Translations under genes and position numbers: made by a program
The notes under the pieces: generated by a model
Told to the model about the DNA's origin: nothing
Database searches by the model: none
What the model saw: only the letters and a program-made list of their open reading frames with translations
NCBI RefSeq assembly: GCF_000143415.4
Contig: NW_003314325.1
Location: 776,086-840,085 of the forward strand
Reading direction: 5' to 3'
Source: Selaginella moellendorffii
Taxonomy: Eukaryota > Plantae > Lycopodiophyta
DNA: 64,000 nt
Shown: positions 1 through 11,867 of the stretch, piece after piece
Layout of the letters: each line of letters starts with the position of its first letter
Position numbering within the stretch: position 1 is the first letter of the stretch

Positions 1-970
1 GTTCAAGTCCTGGCAGGTTCTAGCTTCCCGATGTTTTTCATGGCATCCCCGATCGCTCAGCTGCACTCCAAATGCCGGGCGCGCTCGTCAACGACAGAAT
101 TAACTTCCTGGACACAAGTGGAAGAGAGCAGGCTGGTTTTCCGGGCGATGGATCAAAAGGATATCATCTCCTAATGTCTTGCGCAGCTTACGTTTGGGTT
201 GAGCGTCTCAGCGGCAGTGCAAGATCTATCCTATCCGGTAAGCTCTTATTCCGTTTGCTCTCTTCTTGTTTCTTCGTTTCCAGTTGTGAGTTTTCGATTA
301 TGTTGACACGGTTGTGATGATCGGACAAACCAGCACTTTCCAAAAGGACAGCACTATCCATACTTATGGAAGCATCGTCTACGTGAAATGCACATCTACT
401 ATACGATCTACATCTCGGACGACTGTCCTAAGTCCATCTACGGGTACAAGAAAACTCATTTATATTTTGGAGAGAACTAAACGAGTGAAAAATAGGTGGC
501 CATAGAGACTGGAACCCTCCAAATACGCTGCGTTCTAGCTGATAGTCGTCAGCTGCTCTATACCGATGGCTTTCCAGTAAGAAACGTGTTTAACCGTGTT
601 ATATGCGCTTGCTTCAATGGAGCGTCCAACACCGCTCAAACAGGAGGCTTGGACATGCGAGTGATAGTAAGCAAGATAAGCAGGGTCTGACCTGACCACA
701 TCCAGCAGCTGATGATATCTCCAGAGGATCTCAAGGTCTGTCAATCTTTCTCCTCGAGTTTTAACAAGTTTGTCCTTTTACTGAGATCTTGGTTATCTCT
801 TAAGGTTTCTAAGCAATGCACGGCGTTATTGCTTTCTACAAAGACACAACGAGAGTCCTTGTTAACACTCTTGGATTTCAAAGTTATGGAGGCACACGCT
901 CCATACGTCTGGGTGGGATGTTTTCTCAGAAATCCTGGAGGTCTCGAGTTTTCTTGACTTTTAGTTTTAG

Positions 971-1850
971 GGAAGGTCAGGTATGGACGTCCATGAGCAA
1001 GATGAGATAGCAGTTTCGCAATGGTTTCAAGAAGCATGAGCCGCAGGTCTTCGAGATCATAACCTTTTTAAAGTTTGGCATTGGACAGCGTGCGTTTCTC
1101 ATCCAGACTCAAGGTATGTATGTTTGGAGCTATGGCCGTTGTGCATTATTTATGGTTTTTATGTTTTTGATGGAGGGAAACATACTGTGGGACTGCATCT
1201 CATTTCTAGACGATGCCACAGTGGCGATAATCAAGTCACTAGGTGGATTGAGAGCGATTGCCACCTCTCACCCGCATTACTACAGCACAAACTCTCGATG
1301 GAGCGAGGCTTTTGGAGGCGTCCCGGTTTATATCCACGGATGGTATTGTCTACCTTTGTTTCTCTCTTTCATTTCGATCTCTCTGTATCCATACTTTTGC
1401 AGAGTGGTTTACCAGCATGAAAAGGTTAAGTTCTACTATGGGAGGGACTCACGCTTTTAGCCATTTTTCTGTTGCACAAATCCTCCACTGGTCTCATGGA
1501 GCTCAAGGGAGAGGTGTTTTATTCACTGGAGATATCTTACAGGTATAAACTTCCGTCGTTTACAAACTTTGTTTTCGTTTTGTTTTCCTCACTCCATGTT
1601 TGATTTGTAGGTGGGGATGGACAACAAAACAGTGAGCATAATGAGATCGTATCCAAGCTATATACCACTCTCGTCCATGTTTGATTTGTAGGTGGGGATG
1701 GACAACAAAATAGTGAGCATAATGAGATCGTATCTAAACTATATACCACTCTTGTCAAGCCACACTAAAAGGATAGGCCAGGTGATCGAGCCATGGGATT
1801 TTGGGAGGCTCTACGTTGTGTTTCAGGACAGAGAGGATGACGCTGCTTAA
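971..1850 (+). pseudogene. Metallo-beta-lactamase-fold hydrolase fragment, unit 1
   Basis: Spliced pieces GQVWTS..FGIGQRAFLIQTQ|EGNILWDCISFLDDATVAIIKSLGGLRAIATSHPHYYST..VLFTGDILQ|..SIMRSYP. 5' part missing, TAG at 1008-1010, deletions relative to 55926-56803. Confidence 0.85.
1593..1754 (+). repeat. 81-bp tandem duplication of an MBL intron-end/exon-start (in every unit; 79 bp in units 2, 4, 5, 6)
   Basis: TCCATGTTTGATTTGTAGGTGGGGATGGACAAC at 1593 and 1674; single copy in the solo locus (~56556). Confidence 0.95.
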
Positions 1851-2048
1851 GCATCACAATTATCGATTGACTCTCAAGTAATGAATCAGACTGAAACTCG
1901 ATATGCTTTTCTGATTATGATTTGCCATAACATTGTTTCCAAAGTTAAATTGGACATTTGTTTCTGTGAGGGAGAAAATAACTTAGAGTGAGCAGTGTTA
2001 CAGCATACACAGTGGATACATGGAGTTTCTTTTTACAAGATCTTTTGT

Positions 2049-2693
2049 CTAACCTCTAAGCTTCTCCAATGCTTGTCTTACATCTTCAACTCTTGCAATT
2101 TCCTTAAGCAGATTGCTTATCTTCTTCAATTCATCATATTTATGCCCTTTCCTGTTTTTGAATGCCCGGATGACAATTCCATTGCTGGGCTGCAAGCAAA
2201 AGGACTCTGGCTTGTCGTCCACGATCACCGTGTGTCTGAGGTCCCGCCCTAACCTTGAAAGATCTTTCACAACCTTTCTCCCTCCCACTTCCTTGGGCGA
2301 GCATGAATCTCTGTAGAGGCGATGGGTGAAGAGATTCCCAGCTGGGTCGAGCCTATCCAATATCCTGTCCGCATAAGGCTTCACCGCTCGAGTAAAAACC
2401 ACGATCTCATATATCTGACTCATCTCATTTAGAAATGTATCCACACCCGGCCGCTTTGCGACAAGGTAGCGCTGCAATGGAAGAATCTTCCCACTGAAGA
2501 GCTTGAGGGACGCTGTGGACTTGTGGGCATGGATTAGTGTCTCGTCCATGTCTAACACAAGCGTGGGTTTTTCCTCCAAAGCTGGTGGTAGTAGTGGAGA
2601 ACTGTGTGTCACCTTTACCTTTTTGTTCTTTACTTTGGTCACCATGTCGAGCGTTGCAAAACTCCAATCGCCATATTCTCTCGCCCTCTTCAT
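2049..2693 (-). CDS. SCP/FCP1-like CTD small phosphatase (NIF domain, HAD fold), copy 1, 214 aa
   Basis: LVLDMDETL (DxDxT), KRPGVDTFL, YEIVVFT, YADRILDRLDP, RLYRDSC, KDLSRLGRDL, VIVDD, QPSNGI; single uninterrupted ORF. Confidence 0.92.
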   Translation of the reverse strand: MKRAREYGDWSFATLDMVTKVKNKKVKVTHSSPLLPPALEEKPTLVLDMDETLIHAHKSTASLKLFSGKILPLQRYLVAKRPGVDTFLNEMSQIYEIVVFTRAVKPYADRILDRLDPAGNLFTHRLYRDSCSPKEVGGRKVVKDLSRLGRDLRHTVIVDDKPESFCLQPSNGIVIRAFKNRKGHKYDELKKISNLLKEIARVEDVRQALEKLRG

Positions 2694-2823
2694 CGCTCTG
2701 ATAAAAAAGAAAGAAAGAACGCAAGCCCTAATTGTAAAGGATCTTTATAAATCAAATTAAATACACTTTACTAAATATACCATAATTCTGGCCGTCGAAA
2801 ATTTCATGGATTTTTTCTCTCAG

Positions 2824-2987
2824 GCTCGCTGGTTTTGGAGGTGGGAGCGTTGTCCCGCTTAAATGGCAATCCACAGTTTGAGAGGAGTATGCGCAGTACT
2901 AGTGAACTGAACTTACTGGGAACGAACCTTGACATAACTGAGGATTTGTTCGATTGCATATTCTGGAACGCAGAGAGAGTTCAGTAG
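2824..2987 (+). pseudogene. Orphan exon fragment of a GH47 alpha-1,2-mannosidase (MNS5/EDEM-like); present in all 8 units
   Basis: After the TTTTTTCTCTCAG acceptor it reads (G)SLVLEVGALSRLNGNPQFE..SELNLLGTNLDI, resembling the MNS5-type GSLILEMGALSRLTGDPRFE..LDLLGTTLDV motif as recalled. Confidence 0.65.
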
Positions 2988-3332
2988 CTTTGGTTCTGAC
3001 CTCCAGCATGGATGTAAAGCGGATTTGAGTCACTGAAGGCGGAAGTTTGCCGGCTGAGAAAGAATCCAACAGCTCCAAATTTCCTTCTCAAGATGTTTGT
3101 CTTTCGCTGATATCTATTCTGACTTGAGCATTGAGAACGTGTGTTTCATTGTAGATCATTCCAACCATGGTGGTGAAACCATGGTTATCAACGTTAAGGT
3201 GCTACTACTGCCACTGGAGTAAAAGTTTGTGCGAGCTTTTGTGTGAGTTCCTGCTCTTGGATGTTTATCTATGGGAGATTGCCCCCTTTGTTTGCTCAAT
3301 CTATTCTCTTTTCTCTTGGCTCTCCAGAAATT

Positions 3333-3587
3333 ATGGCTCCTACTCGAAAGCTTGTGCTTGCATCGCTCCTCTAATGCCTGGTCATCACTGCGGCTTTTGC
3401 CGCTGCAGTTTTGTTTAGTTCTTTCTCCAAAATCTCGATAGTTTCTGTGTCCACACCAGCGACGACCATGGCGATCCATCAGCAAACTACAGTGCTCAAT
3501 AGTATAACTCTCTGTGTGTTTTTCATGACGTTTTTTCTGTGGATCTTAGCCTTCCTTTACACGGCTAGGCCATGTTTTGTTCTTTGA
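3333..3587 (+). pseudogene. Copy of the signal-peptide+TM microprotein gene, premature TAA (units 1-5, 7)
   Basis: MAPTRKLVLASLL*CLVITAAFAA...LCVFFMTFFLWILAFLYTARPCFVL; homologous to 40430-40695. Confidence 0.75.
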
Positions 3588-3643
3588 AGTTAAGCTTGAC
3601 TCGAGAAAATAAAATGGTCAAGAAATGGATGATCTTGCTCGCC

Positions 3644-3901
3644 GGGTCTACTCTGCTGGATTTGTCACAGTCTTTGCTGGTTGTGAATTTCGAGTCGGAG
3701 GACACGTTCATTGACCCTGAAGGCAGCGCTCGCGGCAGTGGAAGCGTATACAATTTCTAGATTTTGAAAAGCGCTGTTTTCTGCTAGATTCCAAGTGGCT
3801 TGCAGGTTGGTGGTGGTATAAACTCGGGGAACGCGAAGTCCTATCTCGATACTGGAGCAAGTCATGTGTTGTCACCTCGGTAAGTGTTTTATATCAGTCT
3901 T
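3644..3901 (+). pseudogene. HISN3 exon 3-4 fragment with intron remnants, inverted relative to the parent gene; in units 1-7
   Basis: [49 protein letters not shown] and GTAAGTGTTTTATATCAGTCTT match the reverse complement of 41562-41925. Confidence 0.88.
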
Positions 3902-3906
3902 GGAAT

Positions 3907-4979
3907 TTAACTCTTAACATTGTGTGTGTGTGAGATTAAGTTTTGCTCTGGCATTCTCTCGAGAGCGAGGAGTGCAATGCGATCGTCTGGATGGCAATGG
4001 TGCCGGATTTCGCTCACAAGGGACTCCTCTTGGAAACTCGAGTTTGGTGCCCGGAAGAGGCTCATCGCTTCTTGGAGGTGGCCAATTCCAGAGATAGGCC
4101 GAGAGGAGCACTGTGCGCGCCATCTTGCTCTTGTAAGGCATTCGATCGTAAATAAACTTTGCATTTTCAAGATGGTTTCTAGAGGTGAGCATATGGATCA
4201 TTGTTGCCCAAGAGATGAGCCATCTTTAGGAAGGAATCTAGTGCCTCGTCCAAATGCCCATTCGAGGCATATGCGCCAAGCATGGAGTTCCAGGCCACCA
4301 CGTGCCTCTCAAACAAACATTTAGCCTCCTCCAAGCAGCCATGAGGTGCATAGCCGTCGATCATAGCCGTAAATGCCACCTCATTAAGATCCGGGGCATC
4401 TTCAAAGAGATTCTTTGCTTGCTCCATATGCCCGGCCTGGTGATCATGGTCGTCCATGTTACTAGGGCATTCTATCAAAGAGATCTTTAGCTTCATCCAG
4501 CCGCTGGTTCTGGCAGTGGCCTTGGATCATGGCCGTCCACGGCGCGTGAGAGATGCCCGTTATGGGCCATGGCCGTGCTAGAAACGGGGGTTTGCTCCGG
4601 CATGGAGTGGAATACCGCCTCCGCCTCGCCGAGATTGCCACTCGGCGAGTACATCTCGATCATCGCGTTCCAGGTGATGGAATTCTTTGCAGGGATGCGA
4701 TCGAAGAGCTGCTTGGCGCGCTGCACGTCCCCGGCCGCGGCTTCAGGTCGTGGTTGCGAATGTAGGCCTGGAGGGTGAGATTCCAAGAGAAGAGATTGGG
4801 ATCCGAGGTAGAATCGAAGACCGATCGCGCTTCCTCCAGGCAGCCGCAGCGGCCATACATCTGGACGAGGAGATTTCGCAGGAAGACGCTGTTGTTGTGG
4901 TCGCTGTGAAGGATCTGGGCGATGGATCCGGCGGCCATTGTCGCAAGATGTGACGAGGGCGGCAAGCTCTTATGCGCAT
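3907..4979 (-). pseudogene. PLS-class PPR pseudogene, unit 1
   Basis: FLRNLLVQMYGRCGCLEEARSVFD, AKQLFDRIPAKNSITWNAMI and VVAWNSMLGAYASNGHLDEALDSF lie in different frames. Confidence 0.9.
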
Positions 4980-5990
4980 CGCATCATGGCCGTTGGATGA
5001 TGGGGACGTCCGAGGTTCAAGTCCTGGCAGGTTCTAGCTTCCCGATGTTTTTCATGGCACGCTGCGAGAACTCATCCCCCATCGCTCAGCTGCACTCCAA
5101 ATGCCGGGCGCGCTCGTCAACGACAGAATTAACTTCCTGGACACAAGTGGAAGAGAGCAGGCTGGTTTTCCGGGCGATGGATCAAAAGGATATCATCTCC
5201 TAATGTCTTGCGCAGCTTACGTTTGGGTTGAGCGTCTCAGCGGCAGTGCAAGATCTATCCTATCCGGTAAGCTCTTATTCCGTTTGCTCTCTTCTTGTTT
5301 CTTCGTTTCCAGTTGTGAGTTTTCGATTATGTTGACACGGTTGTGATGATCGGACAAACCAGCACTTTCCAAAAGGACAGCACTATCCATACTTATGGAA
5401 GCATCGTCTACGTGAAATGCACATCTACTATACGATCTACATCTCGGACGACTGTCCTAAGTCCATCTACGGGTACAAGAAAACTCATTTATATTTTGGA
5501 GAGAACTAAACGAGTGAAAAATAGGTGGCCATAGAGACTGGAACCCTCCAAATACGCTGCGTTCTAGCTGATAGTCGTCAGCTGCTCTATACCGATGGCT
5601 TTCCAGTAAGAAACGTGTTTAACCGTGTTATATGCGCTTGCTTCAATGGAGCGTCCAACACCGCTCAAACAGGAGGCTTGGACATGCGAGTGATAGTAAG
5701 CAAGATAAGCAGGGTCTGACCTGACCACATCCAGCAGCTGATGATATCTCCAGAGGATCTCAAGGTCTGTCAATCTTTCTCCTCGAGTTTTAACAAGTTT
5801 GTCCTTTTACTGAAATCTTGGTTATCTCTTAAGGTTTCTACGGCGTTATTGCTTTCTACAAAGACACAACGAGAGTCCTTGTTAACACTCTTGGATTTCA
5901 AAGTTATGGAGGCACACGCTCCATACGTCTGGGTGGGATGTTTTCTCAGAAATCCTGGAGGTCTCGAGTTTTCTTGACTTTTAGTTTTAG

Positions 5991-6848
5991 GGAAGGTCAG
6001 GTATGGACGTCCATGAGCAAGATGAGATTGCAGTTTCGCAATGGTTTCAAGAAGCATGAGCCGCAGGTCTTCGAGATCATAACCTTTCCAAAGTTTGGCA
6101 TTGGACAGCGTGCGTTTCTCATCCAGACTCAAGGTATGTATATGGCCGTTGTGCATTTTTTATGGTTTTTATGTTTTTGATAGAGGGAAACATACTGTGG
6201 GACTGCATCTCATTTCTAGACGATGCCACAGTGGCGATAATCAAGTCACTAGGTGGATTGAGAGCGATTGCCACCTCTCACCCGCATTACTACAGCACAA
6301 ACTCTCGATGGAGCGAGGCTTTTGGAGGCGTCCCGGTTTATACCCGGGAATGGTATTGTCTACCTTTGTTTCTCTCTTTCATTTCGATCTCTCTGTATCC
6401 ATACTTTTGCAGAGTGGTTTACCAGCACGAAAAGGTGAAGTTCTACTATGGGAGGGACTCACGCTTTTAGCCTTGCACAAATCCTCCACTGGTCTCATGG
6501 AGCTCAAGGAGAGGTGTTTTATTCACTGGAGATATCTTACAGGTATAAACTTCTGTCGTTTACAAACTTTGTTTTCGTTTTGTTTTCCTCACTCCATGTT
6601 TGATTTGTAGGTGGGGATGGACAACAAAACAGTGAGCATAATGAGATCGTACCCAAAGTATATACCACTCGTCCATGTTTGATTTGTAGGTGGGGATGGA
6701 CAACAAAATAGTGAGGATAGTGAGATCGTATCTAAACTATGTACCACTCTTGTCAAGCCACACTAAAAGGATAGGCCAGGTGATCGAGCCATGGGATTTT
6801 GGGAGGCTCTACGTTGAGTTTCAGGACAGAGAGGATGACGCTGCTTAA
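5991..6848 (+). pseudogene. MBL-fold hydrolase fragment, unit 2
   Basis: Copy of 971-1850. Confidence 0.82.
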
Positions 6849-7046
6849 GCATCACAATTATTGATTGACTCTCAAGTAATGAATCAGACTGAAACTCGAG
6901 ATGCTTTTCTGATTATGATTTGCCATAACATTGTTTCCAAAGTTAAATTGGACATTTGTTTTTGTGAGGGAGAAAATAACTTAGAGTGAGCAGTGTTACA
7001 GCATACACAGTGGATACATGGAGTTTCTTTTTACAAGATCTTTTGT

Positions 7047-7691
7047 CTAACCTCTAAGCTTCTCCAATGCTTGTCTTACATTTTCAACTCTTGCAATTTC
7101 CTTAAGCAGATTGCTTATCTTCTTCAATTCATCATATTTATGCCCTTTCCTGTTTTTGAATGCCCGGATGACAATTCCATTGCTGGGCTGCAAGCAAAAG
7201 GACTCTGGCTTGTCGTCCACGATCACCGTGTGTCTGAGGTCCCGCCCTAACCTTGAAAGATCTTTCACAACTTTTCTCCCTCCCACTTCCTTGGGCGAGC
7301 ATGAATCTCTGTAGAGGCGATGGGTGAAGAGATTCCCAACTGGGTCGAGCCTATCCAATATCCTGTCCGCATAAGGCTTCACCGCTCGAGTAAAAACCAC
7401 GATCTCATATATCTGACTCATCTCATTTAGAAATGTATCCACACCCGGCCGCTTTGCGACAAGGTAGCGCTGCAATGGAAGAATCTTCCCACTGAAGAGC
7501 TTGAGGGACGCTGTGGCCTTGTGGGCATGGATTAGTGTCTCGTCCATGTCTAACACAAGCGTGGGTTTTTCCTCCAAAGCTGGCGGTAGTAGTGGAGAAT
7601 TGTGTGTCACCTTTACCTTTTTGTTCTTTACTTTGGTCACCATGTCGAGCGTTGCAAAACTCCAATCGCCATATTCTCTCGCCCTCTTCAT
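7047..7691 (-). CDS. SCP/FCP1-like NIF phosphatase, copy 2
   Basis: Intact 214-aa ORF, same motifs; S31N, A118V, D204N. Confidence 0.92.
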   Translation of the reverse strand: MKRAREYGDWSFATLDMVTKVKNKKVKVTHNSPLLPPALEEKPTLVLDMDETLIHAHKATASLKLFSGKILPLQRYLVAKRPGVDTFLNEMSQIYEIVVFTRAVKPYADRILDRLDPVGNLFTHRLYRDSCSPKEVGGRKVVKDLSRLGRDLRHTVIVDDKPESFCLQPSNGIVIRAFKNRKGHKYDELKKISNLLKEIARVENVRQALEKLRG

Positions 7692-8904
7692 CGCTCTGAT
7701 AAAAAAGAAAGAAAGAACGCAAGCCCTAATTGTAAAGGATCTTTATAAATCAAATTAAATACACTTACTAAATATACCATCGTAGAAAATTTCATGGATT
7801 TTTTCTCTCAGGCTCGCTGGTTTTGGAGGTGGGAGCGTTGTCCCGCTTAAATGGCAATCCACAGTTTGAGAGGAGTATGCGCAGTACTAGTGAACTGAAC
7901 TTACTGGGAACGAACCTTGACATAACTGAAGATTTGTTCGATTGCATATTCTGGAACGCAGAGAGAGTTCAGTAGCTTTGGTTCTGACCTCCAGCATGGA
8001 TGTAAAGCGGATTTGAGTCACTGAAGGCGGAAGTTTGCTGGCTGAGAAAGAATCCAACAGCTCCAAATTTCCTTTAGCTCCAATCTAAACTCGCCTCAAG
8101 ATGTTCGTCTTTCGCTGATATCTATTCTGACTTGAGCATTGAGAACGTGTGTTTCATTGTAGATCATTCCAACCATGGTGGTGAAACCATGGTTATCAAC
8201 ATTAAGGTGCTACTACTGCCACTGGAGTAAAAGTTTGTGCGAGCTTTTGTGTGAGTTCGTGCTCTTGGATGTTTATCTATGGGAGATTGCCCCCTTTGTT
8301 TGCTCAATCTATTCTCTTTTCTCTTGGCTCTCCAGAAATTATGGCTCCTACTCGAAAGCTTGTGCTTGCATCGCTCCTCTAATGCCTGGTCATCACTGCG
8401 GCTTTTGCTGCTGCAGTTTTGTTTAGTTCTTTCTCCAAAATCTCGATAGTTTCTGTGTCCACACCAGCGACGACCATGGCGATCCATCAGCAAACTACAG
8501 TGCTCAATAGTATAACTCTCTGTGTGTTTTTCATGACGTTTTTTCTGTGGATCTTAGTCTTCCTTTACACGGCTAGGCCATGTTTTGTTCTTTGAAGTTA
8601 AGCTTGACTCGAGAAAATAAAGTGGTCAAGAAATGGATGATCTTGCTCGCCGGGTCTACTCTGCTGGATTTGTCACAGTCTTCGCTGGTTGTGAATTTCG
8701 AGTCGGAGGACACGTTCATTGACCCTGAAGGCAGCGCTCGCGGCAGTGGAAGCGTATACAATTTCTAGATTTTGAAAAGCGCTGTTTTTCTGCTAGATTC
8801 CAAGTGGCTTGCAGGTTGGTGGTGGTATAAACTCGGGGAACGCGAAGTCCTATCTCGATACATGTGTTGTCACCTCGGTAAGTGTTTTATATCAGTCTTG
8901 GAAT

Positions 8905-9965
8905 TTAACTCTTAACATTGTGTGTGTGTGAGATTAAGTTTTGCTCTGGCATTCTCTCGAGAGCGAGGAGTGCAATGCGATCGTCTGGATGGCAATGGTG
9001 CCGGATTTCGCTCACAAGGGACTCCTCTTGGAAACTCGAGTTTGGTGCCCGGAAGAGGCTCATTGCTTCTTGGAGGTGGCCAATTCCAGAGATAGGCCGA
9101 GAGGAGCACTGTGCGCGCCATCTTGCTCTTGTAAGGCATTCGATCGTAAATAAACTTTGCATTTTCAAGATGGTTTCTAGAGGTGAGCATATGGATCATT
9201 GTTGCCCAAGAGATGAGCCATCTTTAGGAAGGAATCTAGTGCCTCGTCCAAATGCCCATTCGAGGCATATGCGCCAAGCATGGAGTTCCAAGCCACCACG
9301 TGCCTCTCAAACAAACATTTAGCCTCCTCCAAGCAGCCATGAGGTGCATAGCCGTCGATCATAGCCGTAAATGCCACCTCATTAAGATCCGGGGCATCTT
9401 CAAAGAGATTCTTTGCTTGCTCCATATGCCCGGCCTGGTGATCATGGTCGTCCATGTTACTAGGGCATTCTATCAAAGAGATCTTTAGCTTCATCCAGCC
9501 GCTGGTTCTGGCAGTGGCCTTGGATCATGGCCGTCCACGGCGCGTGAGAGATGCCCGTTATGGGTCATGGCCGTGCTAGAAACGGGGGTTTGCTCCGGCA
9601 TGGAGTGGAATACCGCCTCCGCCTCGCCGAGATTGCCACTCGGCGAGTACATCTCGATCATCGCGTTCCAGGTGATGGAATTCTTTGCAGGGATGCGATC
9701 GAAGCGCTGCACGTCCCCGGCCGCGGCTTCAGGTCGTGGTTGCGAATGTAGGCCTGGAGGGTGAGATTCCAAGAGAAGAGATTGGGATCCGAGGTAGAAT
9801 CGAAGACCGATCGCGCTTCCTCCAGGCAGCCGCAGCGGCCATACATCTGGACGAGGAGATTTCGCAGGAAGACGCTGTTGTTGTGGTCGCTGTGAAGGAT
9901 CTGGGCGATGGATCCGGCGGCCATTGTCGCAAGATGTGACGAGGGCGGCAAGCTCTTATGCGCAT
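8905..9965 (-). pseudogene. PPR pseudogene, unit 2
   Basis: As unit 1, with an extra 12-bp deletion. Confidence 0.88.
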
Positions 9966-10988
9966 CGCATCATGGCCGTTGGATGATGGGGACGTCCGAG
10001 GTTCAAGTCCTGGCAGGTTCTAGCTTCCCGATGTTTTTCATGGCATCCCCGATCGCTCAGCTGCACTCCAAATGCCGGGCGCGCTCGTCAACGACAGAAT
10101 TAACTTCCTGGACACAAGTGGAAGAGAGCAGGCTGGTTTTCCGGGCGATGGATCAAAAGGATATCATCTCCTAATGTCTTGCGCAGCTTACGTTTGGGTT
10201 GAGCGTCTCAGCGGCAGTGCAAGATCTATCCTATCCGGTAAGCTCTTATTCCGTTTGCTCTCTTCTTGTTTCTTCGTTTCCAGTTGTGAGTTTTCGATTA
10301 TGTTGACACGGTTGTGATGATCGGACAAACCAGCACTTTCCAAAAGGACAGCACTATCCATACTTATGGAAGCATCGTCTACGTGAAATGCACATCTACT
10401 ATACGATCTACATCTCGGACGACTGTCCTAAGTCCATCTACCGGTACAAGAAAACTCATTTATATTTTGGAGAGAACTAAACGAGTGAAAAATAGGTGGC
10501 CATAGAGACTGGAACCCTCCAAATACGCTGCGTTCTAGCTGATAGTCGTCAGCTGCTCTATACCGATGGCTTTCCAGTAAGAAACGTGTTTAACCGTGTT
10601 ATATGCGCTTGCTTCAATGGAGCGTTCAACACCGCTCAAACAGGAGGCTTGGACATGCGAGTGATAGTAAGCAAGATAAGCAGGGTCTGACCTGAGGTTC
10701 TGCTCCGCCTCCACCACATCCAGCAGCTGATGATATCTCCAGAGGATCTCAAGGTCTGTCAATCTTTCTCCTCGAGTTTTAACAAGTTTGTCCTTTTACT
10801 GAGATCTTGGTTATCTCTTAAGGTTTCTAAGCAATGCACGGCGTTATTGCTTTCTACAAAGACACCACGAGAGTCCTTGTTAACACTCTTGGATTTCAAA
10901 GTTATGGAGGCACACGCTCCATACGTCTGGGTGGGATGTTTTCTCAGAAATCCTGGAGGTCTCGAGTTTTCTTGACTTTTAGTTTTAG

Positions 10989-11867
10989 GGAAGGTCAGGT
11001 ATGGACGTCCATGAGCAAGATGAGATTGCAGTTTCGCAATGGTTTCAAGACGCATGAGCCGCAGGTCTTAGAGATCATAACCTTTCCAAAGTTTGGCATT
11101 GGACAGCGTGCGTTTCTCATCCAGACTCAAGGTATGTATGTTTGGAGCTATGGCCGTTGTGCATTTTTTATGGTTTTTATGTTTTTGATAGAGGGAAACA
11201 TACTGTGGGACTGCATCTCATTTCTAGACGATGCCACAGTGGCGATAATCAAGTCACTAGGTGGATTGAGAGCGATTGCCACCTCTCACCCGCATTACTA
11301 CAGCACAAACTCTCGATGGAGCGAGGCTTTTGGAGGCGTCCCGGTTTATATCCACGGATGGTATTGTCTACCTTTGTTTCTCTCTTTCATTTCGATCTCT
11401 CTGTATCCATACTTTTGCAGAGTGGTTTACCAGCATGAAAAGGTTAAGTTCTACTATGGGAGGGACTCACGCTTTTAGCCATTTTTCTGTTGCACAAATC
11501 CTCCACTGGTCTCATGGAGCTCAAGGAGAGGTGTTTTATTCACTGGAGATATCTTACAGGTATAAACTTCTGTCGTTTACAAACTTTGTTTTCGTTTTGT
11601 TTTCCTCACTCCATGTTTGATTTGTAGGTGGGGATGGACAACAAAACAGTGAGCATAATGAGATCGTATCCAAGCTATATACCACTCTCGTCCATGTTTG
11701 ATTTGTAGGTGGGGATGGACAACAAAATAGTGAGCATAATGAGATCGTATCTAAACTATATACCACTCTTGTCAAGCCACACTAAAAGGATAGGCCAGGT
11801 GATCGAGCCATGGAATTTTGGGAGGCTCTACGTTGCGTTTCAGGACAGAGAGGATGACGCTGCTTAA
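10989..11867 (+). pseudogene. MBL-fold hydrolase fragment, unit 3
   Basis: Copy of 971-1850 (TTG instead of TAG). Confidence 0.82.

Noticed and set aside
2049-2693. TIM50 identity for the NIF protein
   Set aside because: No presequence or TM helix, and the DxDxT motif is intact
5000-5040. Helitron 3' end at the unit junction (GGACGTCC palindrome, CCTGGCAGG, CTAG)
   Set aside because: No 16-20 nt hairpin at the expected distance, CTAG is followed by C rather than T, no Rep/helicase, and the CTAG is explained by homology to 55762
10834-11478. 214-aa + strand ORFs (also 15907 and 20939) as intact genes
   Set aside because: They read through MBL introns and unrelated upstream sequence and stop before the C-terminal motifs; the length match to the phosphatase is coincidental
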